64,000 nt of DNA, taken from the sequence record PQ850608.1. One strand, 5' to 3'. Every line of letters starts with the position of its first letter. Within the stretch, counting starts at the first letter, position 1. The notes beneath the pieces were generated by a model. It was not told where the DNA came from and did not search any database. It saw only the letters and a program-made list of their open reading frames with translations. This document shows positions 31,064 through 40,580 of this stretch, in pieces. Origin of the DNA: Escherichia phage HermannAdler_Bas98. A program made the position numbers and the translations under genes.

Positions 31064-31578
31064 TTATTTTCCTTTGATGCATTGAATTGATCGATTTTTA
31101 TTTTAGCCTGATTATAAGTATCAATCAAGCCATTAACTTTCTCTTTTAATCGATTTGTTTCTGCGGCGAACTGAACAAGAAATCTGACATCTTCTTCTGA
31201 TAGTCCACAGTTTCCTTCTGGGATAGAGAGGCGTCCAGTGGTCGCAGAGTCGGGCACACTCCTGAGTAACTCACGGGAGCAGCTGAGTTGCTCGCGCAGC
31301 TTGATATTCCCAGACTTGTAACGAGCAATAGTGTCATCAGCAACCAGTTGCGCTTCCTGGCGACCTTTCTCATATGCCGATGCCGATTCAACCTGTAAAG
31401 ATGCAATTTGCTCTTCGAGTGCATTTATCTTGTCCTTACGCTCATTAAGCGATGTCAGATATTGATTATCCTTGGCCAGTGATGCGTTGGTTTGCTGCAG
31501 GTCTTCAACGTATGATCCAGCGGCAAACGCGCCAACAAGGGCCAGAATCTTCAGGAGCGGTACAATTCTTTCTATCAT
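31060..31578 (-). CDS. Rz: Rz-like i-spanin
   Basis: N-terminal transmembrane segment (IVPLLKILALVGAFAAGSYV), coiled-coil periplasmic region, 172 aa, with embedded out-of-frame lipoprotein ORF. Confidence 0.6.
   Translation of the reverse strand: MIERIVPLLKILALVGAFAAGSYVEDLQQTNASLAKDNQYLTSLNERKDKINALEEQIASLQVESASAYEKGRQEAQLVADDTIARYKSGNIKLREQLSCSRELLRSVPDSATTGRLSIPEGNCGLSEEDVRFLVQFAAETNRLKEKVNGLIDTYNQAKIKIDQFNASKENK
31146..31337 (-). CDS. Rz1: Rz1-like o-spanin lipoprotein, embedded in Rz in another frame
   Basis: From Met30 of track ORF: MTLLLVTSLGISSCAS has signal plus lipobox (ISSC), Pro-rich; entirely inside 31060-31578. Confidence 0.55.
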   Translation of the reverse strand: MTLLLVTSLGISSCASNSAAPVSYSGVCPTLRPLDASLSQKETVDYQKKMSDFLFSSPQKQID

Positions 31579-31635
31579 GATGCACCAGATAAATAAAAGG
31601 CCGCCAATCGGCAGCCTTGTTGATTTGATTGTCGA

Positions 31636-32496
31636 TTAAAACTCTTCTGCGTCGGTCGGAGTTTCATTGACAGGACCAGCGGCACCGCTTGCTTCTTCCT
31701 GCTTGCTGCGGTCGATGTTGACGTTGCCGCCCACTACGTCATTGTGGAATGCCTTGGCGACTTCGTACAGACCTTTGTCCTGCACCAGACCTTCCAACTC
31801 AAACTTCAGAACGGACCAGGTGTTGCCGTCTTTGGACTGAGATGCAGTGCCCATGCGAACAATGTTCATAAAGGTCGGCGGCGTTTTCAGGCCCTGCGGA
31901 GTCTGAACTTTCTTCTGCTGCAGAGCGGTCATCAGCATGCGAGACGGCTTGATCATGGAAGAAGTCAGGGACAGCATTGCGCTACCAAATTCACCCGTTT
32001 CTTCGTTCAACAGAATCACGAAGTGGTTACGTGTATCTGCATAGTAAGGAGATTTCTTCTCGTGCACTTTGCCGTTTTCGTCCGGCACAAATACCTTACC
32101 GTTGATCTCAACAGCGCGGCCTGCCGCGACTTCTGCATCAACGTGCTCTTTGGTGAATTCACCTTTAAAGCCTTTATCGTCGGACTCGCGACCGCCCCAA
32201 AGGATGAAGGTGCGTTTGAATGCGCAAGGGATGATCTGCACGCCTTTCTTGCCGTCATACAACTCACCAGTGACGGTGTTGTACAGCATGCCAGCTTTTG
32301 CGCCAGGAACGTGTTTAGGATCATCTTCGTCGACCATAGGTGACATCTTCTGCAGGACGACGATAAAAGGAATGGCATACGCATCGGCATCGGCACCTTC
32401 AAAACCAGCGCCAAAATCGGTCATGTCGACAAAATCAGCCATAGCGGACATCTGGGTGTTTTTCACTGCAACTTCGGTGGTTTCTTTCTTAGACAT
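31636..32496 (-). CDS. Single-stranded DNA-binding / annealing protein (putative)
   Basis: 286 aa with acidic C-terminal tail ending ...TDAEEF, as in SSB-type proteins; located in replication block. Confidence 0.45.
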   Translation of the reverse strand: MSKKETTEVAVKNTQMSAMADFVDMTDFGAGFEGADADAYAIPFIVVLQKMSPMVDEDDPKHVPGAKAGMLYNTVTGELYDGKKGVQIIPCAFKRTFILWGGRESDDKGFKGEFTKEHVDAEVAAGRAVEINGKVFVPDENGKVHEKKSPYYADTRNHFVILLNEETGEFGSAMLSLTSSMIKPSRMLMTALQQKKVQTPQGLKTPPTFMNIVRMGTASQSKDGNTWSVLKFELEGLVQDKGLYEVAKAFHNDVVGGNVNIDRSKQEEASGAAGPVNETPTDAEEF

Positions 32497-32555
32497 TTGA
32501 TATTTTCCTATAGTATCAAGTTTCGTGGCAACCTGATTTCAAGATAAAGGTTAAA

Positions 32556-33113
32556 TTACTTTTTGCTTTTAGGCAAGGTTATTTTAGCTTCTTTGTATTC
32601 AAAAACGCTAATATCTTCACTAACTGGATTGCCTGCTTCCAGCTGTTCTTTTACAAACGACTTCAGTGTAGCAGAATGAACGCCTTGTTTCAATGTGGCT
32701 TCAACACCATCTTCACGCAGCGCGGCAACAATCTCTTGCGCCTGTTCGATTTCTTCGCGACCGAACTCAGCCGTGACGCTGGACTTGATCAGGCCGCCGT
32801 AACCGTTGTTGACAAGCCAATCGAAAACTTTTAATTCGTTTTCTTTCTTGATCGAAGCATTCACCTTGGACTCGACCTTGATTTTGGTCTTGTCCTCAAG
32901 CTTGATCTCAGACACGCCAAGCTCCTCCATAACGCCAGGAAGCAGAACAGTTTTGATTTCACTGATGCGCTGCTTTTGCATATCAGCTTCATCTTCAAGC
33001 TCTGTCAAAGCCTCTTGGCGTTCTGCCAGTTCAGATACTAAGCGCGCAAGGCGCTCTTGAATGCTCTCAGGAGCGACCTGCGGCAAATCATCTTCCCAAT
33101 TAATATTGCTCAT
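32556..33113 (-). CDS. Hypothetical protein with N-terminal coiled coil
   Basis: 185 aa; between SSB-like and helicase genes; no confident motif. Confidence 0.45.
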   Translation of the reverse strand: MSNINWEDDLPQVAPESIQERLARLVSELAERQEALTELEDEADMQKQRISEIKTVLLPGVMEELGVSEIKLEDKTKIKVESKVNASIKKENELKVFDWLVNNGYGGLIKSSVTAEFGREEIEQAQEIVAALREDGVEATLKQGVHSATLKSFVKEQLEAGNPVSEDISVFEYKEAKITLPKSKK

Positions 33114-33373
33114 ATTTTACCTTCTTGCATTAACCCTTCAACACGGGTCATTTGATAACGTTCAGGTTTCCAAGCAGCCAAAGCCTTCTCAGCGCCTTTT
33201 AAGGTTTTATACGCCTTGATGCCAGGCATAATAACGGTATTCACCCCAGCACCGTTGCCATGATCAAACTCTTTAACAACGCGAAACATTCCGTCAATTT
33301 CTTTGACCAAAAGACGTTTGAAAGCGATTGCGCCAGTAGCTTCATTTTTGTAACGTTCAAGGATGCGTACCAT
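33110..33373 (-). CDS. Hypothetical small protein
   Basis: 87-aa ORF, ATGA-type overlap with downstream gene, RBS AGAGGA. Confidence 0.45.
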   Translation of the reverse strand: MVRILERYKNEATGAIAFKRLLVKEIDGMFRVVKEFDHGNGAGVNTVIMPGIKAYKTLKGAEKALAAWKPERYQMTRVEGLMQEGKI

Positions 33374-33387
33374 TTTGTATTCCTCTG

Positions 33388-33417
33388 TTTCGTTTCGATG
33401 AAGTAATTATGACTCAT
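33388..33417 (-). promoter_or_regulatory. Conserved inverted-repeat element upstream of RBS (copy 1)
   Basis: GTTTCGATGAAGTAATTATGACTCATC, closely similar to element at 40537-40570; sits just 5' of the RBS of gene 33110-33373 on the minus strand. Confidence 0.45.
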
Positions 33418-33447
33418 CTTCCGTGACAAGTCAAATTATTTTTGATA

Positions 33448-34971
33448 TTAATTCATCTTTTTGCCGTCGAGGATGTGATCAGCAAGCATAGATTTCATGC
33501 TCAGTGAACGCTGAATTTCTTCGTCGATGGTATCAACACCAATAAAATCAACATACAACACGCTTGATTTGGTGCCGATGCGGTGATTTCGGTCTTCGGA
33601 TTGCTTGCGCAACTCGTTGTCATAGTTGCAAGAATAATAGATTGCCAAGTCAGCGGCGGTAAGCGTGATTCCGATGCCTGCCGCAGCTGCGTGACACACC
33701 AACACTTGCGTTCCACCGTTCTCGACTGTGTTTTTCTGGAAGTCATCAATCAAGAACTCGCGCTGCTCTTTTGATGTTTCACCGTTGTACGCACCAGTGA
33801 CCACGCCTTCAGACTCAAGCCAATCCTTAATCTGGTTCATCTCTTCCTTAAAGATGGCCCACACGATGAATTTGCGCTCTGGGTCGTCTTCCAGCACCCC
33901 TTCCACATAGTCCTTAAAGGCCGTGAATCGTGGGTTGTCTTCCATGTAGACCATCTCATCATACACCTTAACAAAGCCTGATGTCACCTGCTTCATCTTG
34001 GTGCGAGATGCGATCATCTCAAACTTAACGTTTTCTTCTTCGCCTTTGTACTCCATCAAATAGTTGTACTCATTCTTGAGTTCATCGTAGACATCGCGCT
34101 GCTTAGGCGACAACTCGAAGTCGATAAACTTGTACACCTTCTCTGGAAGGTCCGGCAAGTATTCCGCTTTTGTCGCGCGGAAATAGTGCGGCTCCATCAG
34201 CCGGATAAGCTTGTCAAGGTTTTTGTACATCGGTCGACCAAACTGGTCTTTGCGCGGCACTTGCGGAATGCCATAACCGTTGCCGCCGATTTTCTTGAGA
34301 ATGGCCTGCATCTCTGGGTCGTGCGCTTCAAGTAGAACTGTGAATTCAGAGTTGAATGCACGGAACGATTTGGTGCCAAGCAAGCCAGCTTCAAGGAAGT
34401 GATATTGCATGTAAATATCAGCAGGCGAGCGTGGCAGCGGCGTACCAGAAAGGATTCGACGGGCCTTTGCCAGCCGTCCCAATTCCACAACCTTGATGGA
34501 GCGTTTGGCTGTGTTATTTTTGATACGCGTCGATTCATCAATGATCATCAAACAGCGGTATTTCTTCAAGACCGACTCAATGTGTTGATAACCGACTGGT
34601 GTGTTGACGGTGTCAATGTTGAATGAGAAGATGCGCGCAGGCACTTCGCCTTCAGGGTAGTGATCAGCAAACATCTTCTCCCAAAGCGCCTTGCCCTTTT
34701 TAGTCTTCATCTTGTCATTGCCGCGCCAGTAATGCCCAATCCACTTGATGGAAAGGTGCTCTGGCGCTTCACGACGAATCCAGTTTGAGTGGACACCGTT
34801 TGGAGCAATAACAACCATGGCATCAAACGCGCCAGCAGTGAAGTGCTTTTCAAACTCTGCCAAAGCAGTCCAGGTTTTGCCAAGACCCTGCTCCATAAAA
34901 TAAGCAAAGTATTTTCTGCGGCCTGCTTTATCAAGCGCCAATAATTGGTGGCGCATTCCTTGTGTTTTCAT
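33448..34971 (-). CDS. SNF2-family helicase / ATPase
   Basis: Walker A GLGKT (EQGLGKTW), DExx box MIIDESTR, 507 aa. Confidence 0.8.
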   Translation of the reverse strand: MKTQGMRHQLLALDKAGRRKYFAYFMEQGLGKTWTALAEFEKHFTAGAFDAMVVIAPNGVHSNWIRREAPEHLSIKWIGHYWRGNDKMKTKKGKALWEKMFADHYPEGEVPARIFSFNIDTVNTPVGYQHIESVLKKYRCLMIIDESTRIKNNTAKRSIKVVELGRLAKARRILSGTPLPRSPADIYMQYHFLEAGLLGTKSFRAFNSEFTVLLEAHDPEMQAILKKIGGNGYGIPQVPRKDQFGRPMYKNLDKLIRLMEPHYFRATKAEYLPDLPEKVYKFIDFELSPKQRDVYDELKNEYNYLMEYKGEEENVKFEMIASRTKMKQVTSGFVKVYDEMVYMEDNPRFTAFKDYVEGVLEDDPERKFIVWAIFKEEMNQIKDWLESEGVVTGAYNGETSKEQREFLIDDFQKNTVENGGTQVLVCHAAAAGIGITLTAADLAIYYSCNYDNELRKQSEDRNHRIGTKSSVLYVDFIGVDTIDEEIQRSLSMKSMLADHILDGKKMN

Positions 34972-35390
34972 GACAATTCCTCTAAATACTTGATGATGTG
35001 ATGAATAGTTCCCTTCACGATTATCTCACGTTGAACGTCTGCAGTATTATAACGCTTTAATTCAATAGAAGGGTGGACTAAATAAAACATCTTCTCAGAA
35101 TCAACCTTAAGCAAAACGAATGATGGGTATCGCCAATCATTCCACGAAGAAAGGAAGCTGCACTGTCCTTTCTCAAATGCATTTCTGAAAGGTGCAGTGG
35201 TGGCCCTTGCAGGCCACGATTCAAAGAACTTCATTTCAAGCCAAAAGCCGCGCCCTTTCCGGTTGGTGCCGATTACGTCCGGCACGCCATCACCAGTCAT
35301 TGACTCGATTCGTTGAAGCTTCAATACTGATTCTGAATGCTTCTTCAAAGGTACGAATATGTATTTCTGCTCACGGTTATTTGTTGCCAT
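34968..35390 (-). CDS. VRR-NUC domain nuclease (PD-(D/E)xK)
   Basis: GDGVPDVIG ... GRGFWLEMK matches the D...ExK active-site pattern of VRR-NUC; 140 aa. Confidence 0.6.
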   Translation of the reverse strand: MATNNREQKYIFVPLKKHSESVLKLQRIESMTGDGVPDVIGTNRKGRGFWLEMKFFESWPARATTAPFRNAFEKGQCSFLSSWNDWRYPSFVLLKVDSEKMFYLVHPSIELKRYNTADVQREIIVKGTIHHIIKYLEELS

Positions 35391-38274
35391 CTGGATACAC
35401 CTGTTTGATCACGTCAACGATGAACATGTCAATGCCTTCAAGCTTACGACCTTTCATCAGGAAGAATGCGCCGTTCCCGACGTTTTCAGCAATGTACTTC
35501 CCGTACTTCTGGAACTTCTCTGGACGAATCCTGAAGCGCATTGGCGAGTCGGTCGAGTCGTCTTTGCACATAAGGTCAATGAACTGAGTCTCAAGCTTGT
35601 TTCCATACTGGTCAAACTCTGCGTAGCGGCCATCAGCTTGAAGACCCTTTTTAAGTTTGCCGTGCTTTGTATAAATGCCGCGCTCAAGACGTTTACGGAT
35701 GCGTGTTGCTTCGTTCTCGTCCGCAAGCACTTTCTTTGTCAACTTGCCGATTACTATTGCGCGCTCGTCATCACCGACTTCCTTCATCTGGCGTATTGAA
35801 GCGCCGGACGTCACACCAATCAGATACGGGTCATTATACGCCCAGCCAAACTTTGTGTGCATCTCTGTAAGGTCGCCGTATTTGACTTCAGCATTGGCCA
35901 ATGCGTCCTTTTGCTTCTGCGTTAAGGTTCCGGCTTCACGCGCTTCGATGTACTTCATCGCCTTCACCATTCCGTACCCTTTCGCGTTCATAATGCCGCC
36001 GATTAGCTTTCCGTTCGCGATTGTCCAGTTCATTGAAGAGTGATCAGGGTCGATTGGAACGTAATCCACGCCTTCCTTCGCAAGTTCACGTAATATCGCA
36101 ATCGTCTGGTCTTCGTCCTTAGCAGCGCGTAAGCAGGCTGCGGCAAATTCCAACGGGTAGTGTCGCTTAAGCCACAATGTCCAGTAGGTCACGACCGCGT
36201 ATGACACGGAGTGTGACTTGTTAAAGCCCCATGACCCGAACGTAGCCATCGCTTGCCAAAGCTTTCTTGCATCCGCTTCCGGTACTCCGTTATTGATTGC
36301 GCCTGCAACAAAGTCCTCGCCAAGCTTGTTAAAGTATTCTTCACCCTTACGGCCTGACATCGCCTTACGCACAGCTGACGTTTTCGCCCAGTCAAATGAA
36401 CCAATCTCTTTAACCACGGCCATGATTTGCTCTTGGTAAAGAAACACGCCGTAAGTCTCTTTCAAGTACGGCTCAAGCTGCGGCACGTCGTACTCAATCG
36501 GCGCACGTCCTGCCGCGCGTTCAATGTATTTCTGGGCCATACCGGATGACAACGGGCCAGGTCGACCCAAAGCTGTCAGGTTGTCGATTTTGTTAAAGTT
36601 GTCGACGTGCACAAAGTTTGTTACTGAGCGTACAGCGTCACCTTCAAACTGGAAGATGCCTGACATCTTGTTTTCGTTAAGAATGTCAAGTACGCTTTGA
36701 TCATCAAGCTTGATTCCGTAGAGCGTTTCAGCATCAATAACGCCTGTATCAGAAATAATGCCGAGAGTACGAAGGCCCAGCGCATCAAGCTTCAAAAGGT
36801 TAAGGTATTCGCTGTCAGGCTTATCGATTTGTGCAATCCCTTCCGCAGTTACAGTACAGTAATCAGAGATTGGGTCATTACACACAATGATTCCCGCTGC
36901 GTGAACACCTGTGTGAGACGGGTGAATCTCAAGGTCACCCATGCAACGCGCGGCGTCAGGATATTTCGCCACGAACTCTTGGCCCGTGGTCGTTGTTGCA
37001 AAGGTATCCTCCAGGCCGTGGCCATAACGGGCGTCACCTGACGAGTATTCAAGCAGTGCGTTTTTAATGTTGGCCGTTTCGTGGTATCCAATGTTGAACT
37101 TCTTACCAACCTGCGCCATTACTGAGTTGGCCTTAAGCGTGTTGATGTTGCCAAGCTTTGCAACATTCATTTCGCCGTATTTCTCTTTAAGATAATCAAA
37201 CACCATATAGCGTTTGGTATCTTCAAAGTCGATGTCGATGTCAGGGAGGTCGGCGCGGCTTACGTCGATGAATCGGGCAAACAGCAGCTTATACGGGATT
37301 GGGTCCACTTCCGTGATGCCGAGGCAATAGCAAACAAGTGAACCAGCCGATGAGCCGCGAGCAGGACCGACGAGCATTTTTGTTTTTGCGAATCGTACAA
37401 GGTCCGCTACTACCAGAAAGTATGAGTCGAAATCTTTCAGCTGAATCTGGTGAATTTCTTCGTTGAAGCGGTCCTCATATTCCTGAGTCCATTCTTTGAT
37501 GTGACCTGCTTTGAGACGGTACTCCATCCCCTCACGCGCAAGCTTTACCATATCACCAGCAAGGTGGATAATCGGTGCCTTGCGTAATTTCAGGTCAAGT
37601 CCGACTATGCCGTTTGCTATGTCAACAGCATTGGCCGTTGCCTGATTCAGCTCATCTTCCGTCAAGATGCCTTTAAGCTGTTTGCGCAAGTCTTCCGCGT
37701 CAACGATGCAGTGCGGCTTGACCGTGTCGCGCACTTCCCAAGCATAAGCAAAGTCAACGTGCTCAGGTGAAGGCATGTGGTTGTATCCGGTTAAAACCAG
37801 CGGCCTTCCACCGCTACGATGAGCCAATGCCTGGCGCTTTGCCAAAAGGAACGATGATGGGTTGACGTCTATATAGTCGTAGTCCTCTGGCCGCAGCAAC
37901 TCCACGGCACCGCCACAGAATTTAACGACGCCATCGAGCGCCCCGAACTCTGCACGGGTAAGTCCACCGCGCTGCGTTGCAAGTGTTGTAGCGTTGTAAA
38001 AAGATTTTAAGTCAAGGGCCAATATCCAAGCCTTCGGTTTGAATCCCTTTTTCGGGTCCGCATCAGGGTCGATGATTGGAATCTCCATTCCAAACATAGG
38101 CTTAATATCATTTTTCTGGCATTCCTTTTCCCAGCGAACGTGACCCCATGTATTGTTATCAACTAATGCCGCGACTTCGCAGCCCAACTCTTTGAGCCGT
38201 GCTATAATTTCAGGATGCCGTCCATATACTTCTTTGAACGTGTAACCGCTGCGAACTCTCAATTGTGGAAACAT
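35377..38274 (-). CDS. dnaE: DNA polymerase III alpha subunit (DnaE-type)
   Basis: 965 aa; PHP N-terminus; GPARGSSAGSLVCYCLGITEVDPI matches DnaE conserved block. Confidence 0.9.
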   Translation of the reverse strand: MFPQLRVRSGYTFKEVYGRHPEIIARLKELGCEVAALVDNNTWGHVRWEKECQKNDIKPMFGMEIPIIDPDADPKKGFKPKAWILALDLKSFYNATTLATQRGGLTRAEFGALDGVVKFCGGAVELLRPEDYDYIDVNPSSFLLAKRQALAHRSGGRPLVLTGYNHMPSPEHVDFAYAWEVRDTVKPHCIVDAEDLRKQLKGILTEDELNQATANAVDIANGIVGLDLKLRKAPIIHLAGDMVKLAREGMEYRLKAGHIKEWTQEYEDRFNEEIHQIQLKDFDSYFLVVADLVRFAKTKMLVGPARGSSAGSLVCYCLGITEVDPIPYKLLFARFIDVSRADLPDIDIDFEDTKRYMVFDYLKEKYGEMNVAKLGNINTLKANSVMAQVGKKFNIGYHETANIKNALLEYSSGDARYGHGLEDTFATTTTGQEFVAKYPDAARCMGDLEIHPSHTGVHAAGIIVCNDPISDYCTVTAEGIAQIDKPDSEYLNLLKLDALGLRTLGIISDTGVIDAETLYGIKLDDQSVLDILNENKMSGIFQFEGDAVRSVTNFVHVDNFNKIDNLTALGRPGPLSSGMAQKYIERAAGRAPIEYDVPQLEPYLKETYGVFLYQEQIMAVVKEIGSFDWAKTSAVRKAMSGRKGEEYFNKLGEDFVAGAINNGVPEADARKLWQAMATFGSWGFNKSHSVSYAVVTYWTLWLKRHYPLEFAAACLRAAKDEDQTIAILRELAKEGVDYVPIDPDHSSMNWTIANGKLIGGIMNAKGYGMVKAMKYIEAREAGTLTQKQKDALANAEVKYGDLTEMHTKFGWAYNDPYLIGVTSGASIRQMKEVGDDERAIVIGKLTKKVLADENEATRIRKRLERGIYTKHGKLKKGLQADGRYAEFDQYGNKLETQFIDLMCKDDSTDSPMRFRIRPEKFQKYGKYIAENVGNGAFFLMKGRKLEGIDMFIVDVIKQVYPDGNK

Positions 38275-38816
38275 TATTTACTCCAGATGTCATATACGCC
38301 AATTTGTTGGCAGACTTTGTGCAGTAATATTACGTCGTCTAATGCACGGTGCTTCTGTTCATATTTTCCGAAATATAATTCATACAGCTCTTGAAGCTTA
38401 ACTCTTCGGCCAAAAATAGGCAAGGTTTGCTCGACCGTACAAACGTTTATTTCTGGGAAATTAACATCATCAAGTGTAAGTCCTTCGCGCTGTAATGCAT
38501 AATCAAGAATGTTTTTATCGAACGCATGGTTGTGCGCGATAGTGGCATCAGTTTTCTTGAAGATTTCTTTTAGCTGTGGAACGAAGTTGATGAATGGTGG
38601 ATTGCACTCAAGGTCTTCATTGGTTAATCCGGTAATCTTTGTAATGATTTCTTCAATCACAATTTCAGGATTAATTATGAATTCAAACGTTTCAAGAATC
38701 TCTTTGCCGTCCGTCAACAGGCCTGCAAATTCAATAGGGCGCGGCTGCATTCCAAGCGGCGCTTTCGGGTGCACGGTCAGTCCGGTTGTTTCGAAGTCAT
38801 AAGGGAGAAATAACAC
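38274..38816 (-). CDS. DnaQ-like 3'-5' exonuclease
   Basis: Exo I motif FDFETTGL; GTG start behind strong RBS AGGAGG; overlaps dnaE start. Confidence 0.7.
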   Translation of the reverse strand: MLFLPYDFETTGLTVHPKAPLGMQPRPIEFAGLLTDGKEILETFEFIINPEIVIEEIITKITGLTNEDLECNPPFINFVPQLKEIFKKTDATIAHNHAFDKNILDYALQREGLTLDDVNFPEINVCTVEQTLPIFGRRVKLQELYELYFGKYEQKHRALDDVILLHKVCQQIGVYDIWSK

Positions 38817-38827
38817 ATTAGCCTCCT

Positions 38828-38853
38828 ACAAAAAGGCCGCCCATTAGGACGGC
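38828..38853 (-). terminator. Hairpin terminator downstream of 38871-39422 (minus strand)
   Basis: GGCCGCCCATTAGGACGGCC hairpin followed on minus strand by T-run. Confidence 0.5.
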
Positions 38854-38870
38854 CACAGATTCACGATTCG

Positions 38871-39422
38871 TTATACAGTGTACGGAGTACCTTCTTGATT
38901 CAAGCGCACGATAAACTTCAAATCAACGCCGATGATTTCACGCGTATCAAAGATCACATAGTTGTAACGACGTTGGCCAGCGATGTTTGGGTTGGTGTGA
39001 GAATCAGTTACGACTTCCTGTGCAACCTGAATGCCTTCTTCGCTAAAGAACTTACGCCATTCAGCAAGTTCAGCAGCAGTCACGTGCATACCAAGGTGGC
39101 TGACCTGATTATCGTGCGCATCGAGCATGTCGATGTTTTCATTAATCCAGTTGCAACCTTTTGTGTAGTCAAGGATTTCAAGCTCAAGAGGCTTACCAGC
39201 GCCGCCATCAGTACCGTTGCCAGCCTGATAGTTGAAGCGCAAGTCAGCTTCATTGGTGCAATCGCCGCGCTGACCTTTAAAGTCATCAGCTTCAAATACG
39301 CGACCAGTAGCAACAACGTGATCATGGAACCACTCTGTCAGGCCGATTTTAGCCAGGAAGTCCTGAGCGCGTTGAGCATCTGGAATGGACAGGGCGATTT
39401 GTTCAATTTTAAAATGTGGCAT
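38871..39422 (-). CDS. Hypothetical protein, VOC/glyoxalase-like fold suspected
   Basis: 183 aa; N-terminal MPHFKIEQIALSIPD...FLAKIGL pattern reminiscent of VOC enzymes; weak. Confidence 0.4.
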   Translation of the reverse strand: MPHFKIEQIALSIPDAQRAQDFLAKIGLTEWFHDHVVATGRVFEADDFKGQRGDCTNEADLRFNYQAGNGTDGGAGKPLELEILDYTKGCNWINENIDMLDAHDNQVSHLGMHVTAAELAEWRKFFSEEGIQVAQEVVTDSHTNPNIAGQRRYNYVIFDTREIIGVDLKFIVRLNQEGTPYTV

Positions 39423-39442
39423 TTTGTTTCCTTAATTAAATA

Positions 39443-39658
39443 TTATTGATTAATTACTGTGTTGTCTTCGTCCTGTTTCTTTTCAGGAGCGGGTGTGACA
39501 ACTTCAAATTTAGGTTTGGGTAATTCACCTTTAGCGCCTGGGACTTCAACGACAATCTTTTTGTCAGGCTCAACAGGATTTGGAACTTCAAATTTGATTG
39601 TGTATCCTAATACAACAAGAAGCACTAAACCGATTACCGCTACCCAGGCTTTGTTCAT
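39443..39658 (-). CDS. Small membrane-anchored Pro/Lys/Glu-rich protein
   Basis: N-terminal TM (AWVAVIGLVLLVVLGY) followed by Pro-rich extended segment; 71 aa. Confidence 0.45.
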   Translation of the reverse strand: MNKAWVAVIGLVLLVVLGYTIKFEVPNPVEPDKKIVVEVPGAKGELPKPKFEVVTPAPEKKQDEDNTVINQ

Positions 39659-39660
39659 GG

Positions 39661-39828
39661 TTATTCGCCCTTATCTTTGCCTTCTATGGAATAAGTCTCA
39701 ATGGAACCGACGCGCTCGTGGTTAACCTTTGCGTTTTCGATTCTTATTACTTCAAATCCAACGCCTTCTTGATCAATCTTCACTTCTGCCACGTCGCCAA
39801 TCACTTCTACAACAACTTTGATAGTCAT
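39661..39828 (-). CDS. Small hypothetical protein (about 55 aa, below track length cutoff)
   Basis: Read by eye as MTIKVVVEVIGDVAEVKIDQEGVGFEV...; fills gap between flanking genes; coordinates approximate within 1-2 nt. Confidence 0.3.
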   Translation of the reverse strand: MTIKVVVEVIGDVAEVKIDQEGVGFEVIRIENAKVNHERVGSIETYSIEGKDKGE

Positions 39829-39831
39829 GAT

Positions 39832-40515
39832 TTATTTCCCAAATGGAATATCAGTACCAGACATAAAGCGCCATGCGCCCGTAATTAAGATATGGCGAAT
39901 GAAGTCAGCAATTACTTGCGGCTCAGTCTCCAATCCATTCATCAATGCCTTTTTCTGGTATTCAGCGGCGTATTCAGGAGTCCATCCGCGAGTCGCGCAA
40001 ACAGCATCTTCAATCTGTTTAGACATACCAGTGCCGCGCAACTTGTTAGGACTAATAGAGAATACCGTGATGCCGTATTTAGGCGTAAGCTCGTGAGCCA
40101 TCTGCTTGCTAATCATAAGCGCAGCAGCCTTGGATGCATTATAACACAAGCTGGACGTCATAGGAATATGCGCAGCGTTAGAAACGATATTGATCACAAA
40201 ACCTTTGTTGTCGATAAGACTTTTCAGCGCGGCCTGAGTCGTGTTGACGAAAGAGAAGGCGTTGGTGTGCATAACGCGATTGAACTCTTCGTAGTTAACA
40301 TCTTCGAACCAGTTGTTGGAGTTGACGCCAGCGCAGTTGATCAAGCCTTCTACATCATATGGGCTTAAAATTTCTTTCATCTGTTTAGCGTCGCGGACGT
40401 CATATCCGTATGCTGAATCGATTCCAAGCACGTTATGACCGTAAGCGCCAAGGGTGTCAAAAATAGATTTACCAAGACCGGAATTGGAACCTGTTACAAC
40501 AATTACTTTTTTCAT
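39832..40515 (-). CDS. Short-chain dehydrogenase/reductase (SDR) family oxidoreductase
   Basis: Rossmann motif TGSNSGLG near N-terminus and catalytic YNASK (YxxxK); 227 aa. Confidence 0.8.
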   Translation of the reverse strand: MKKVIVVTGSNSGLGKSIFDTLGAYGHNVLGIDSAYGYDVRDAKQMKEILSPYDVEGLINCAGVNSNNWFEDVNYEEFNRVMHTNAFSFVNTTQAALKSLIDNKGFVINIVSNAAHIPMTSSLCYNASKAAALMISKQMAHELTPKYGITVFSISPNKLRGTGMSKQIEDAVCATRGWTPEYAAEYQKKALMNGLETEPQVIADFIRHILITGAWRFMSGTDIPFGK

Positions 40516-40536
40516 TTATTTATCCTTTTTGGACTT

Positions 40537-40570
40537 CGTTTCGATGAGGTAAATATAACTCATCGAAACG
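40537..40570 (-). promoter_or_regulatory. Conserved inverted-repeat element upstream of RBS (copy 2)
   Basis: Perfect 12-bp inverted repeat CGTTTCGATGAG...CTCATCGAAACG with 10-nt loop; just 5' of SDR gene RBS on the minus strand. Confidence 0.5.
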
Positions 40571-40580
40571 CACAAGTAAA

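Noticed and set aside
35457-37109. Multiple ORFs on both strands inside the dnaE gene
   Set aside because: Shadow ORFs within a confidently identified 965-aa polymerase gene.
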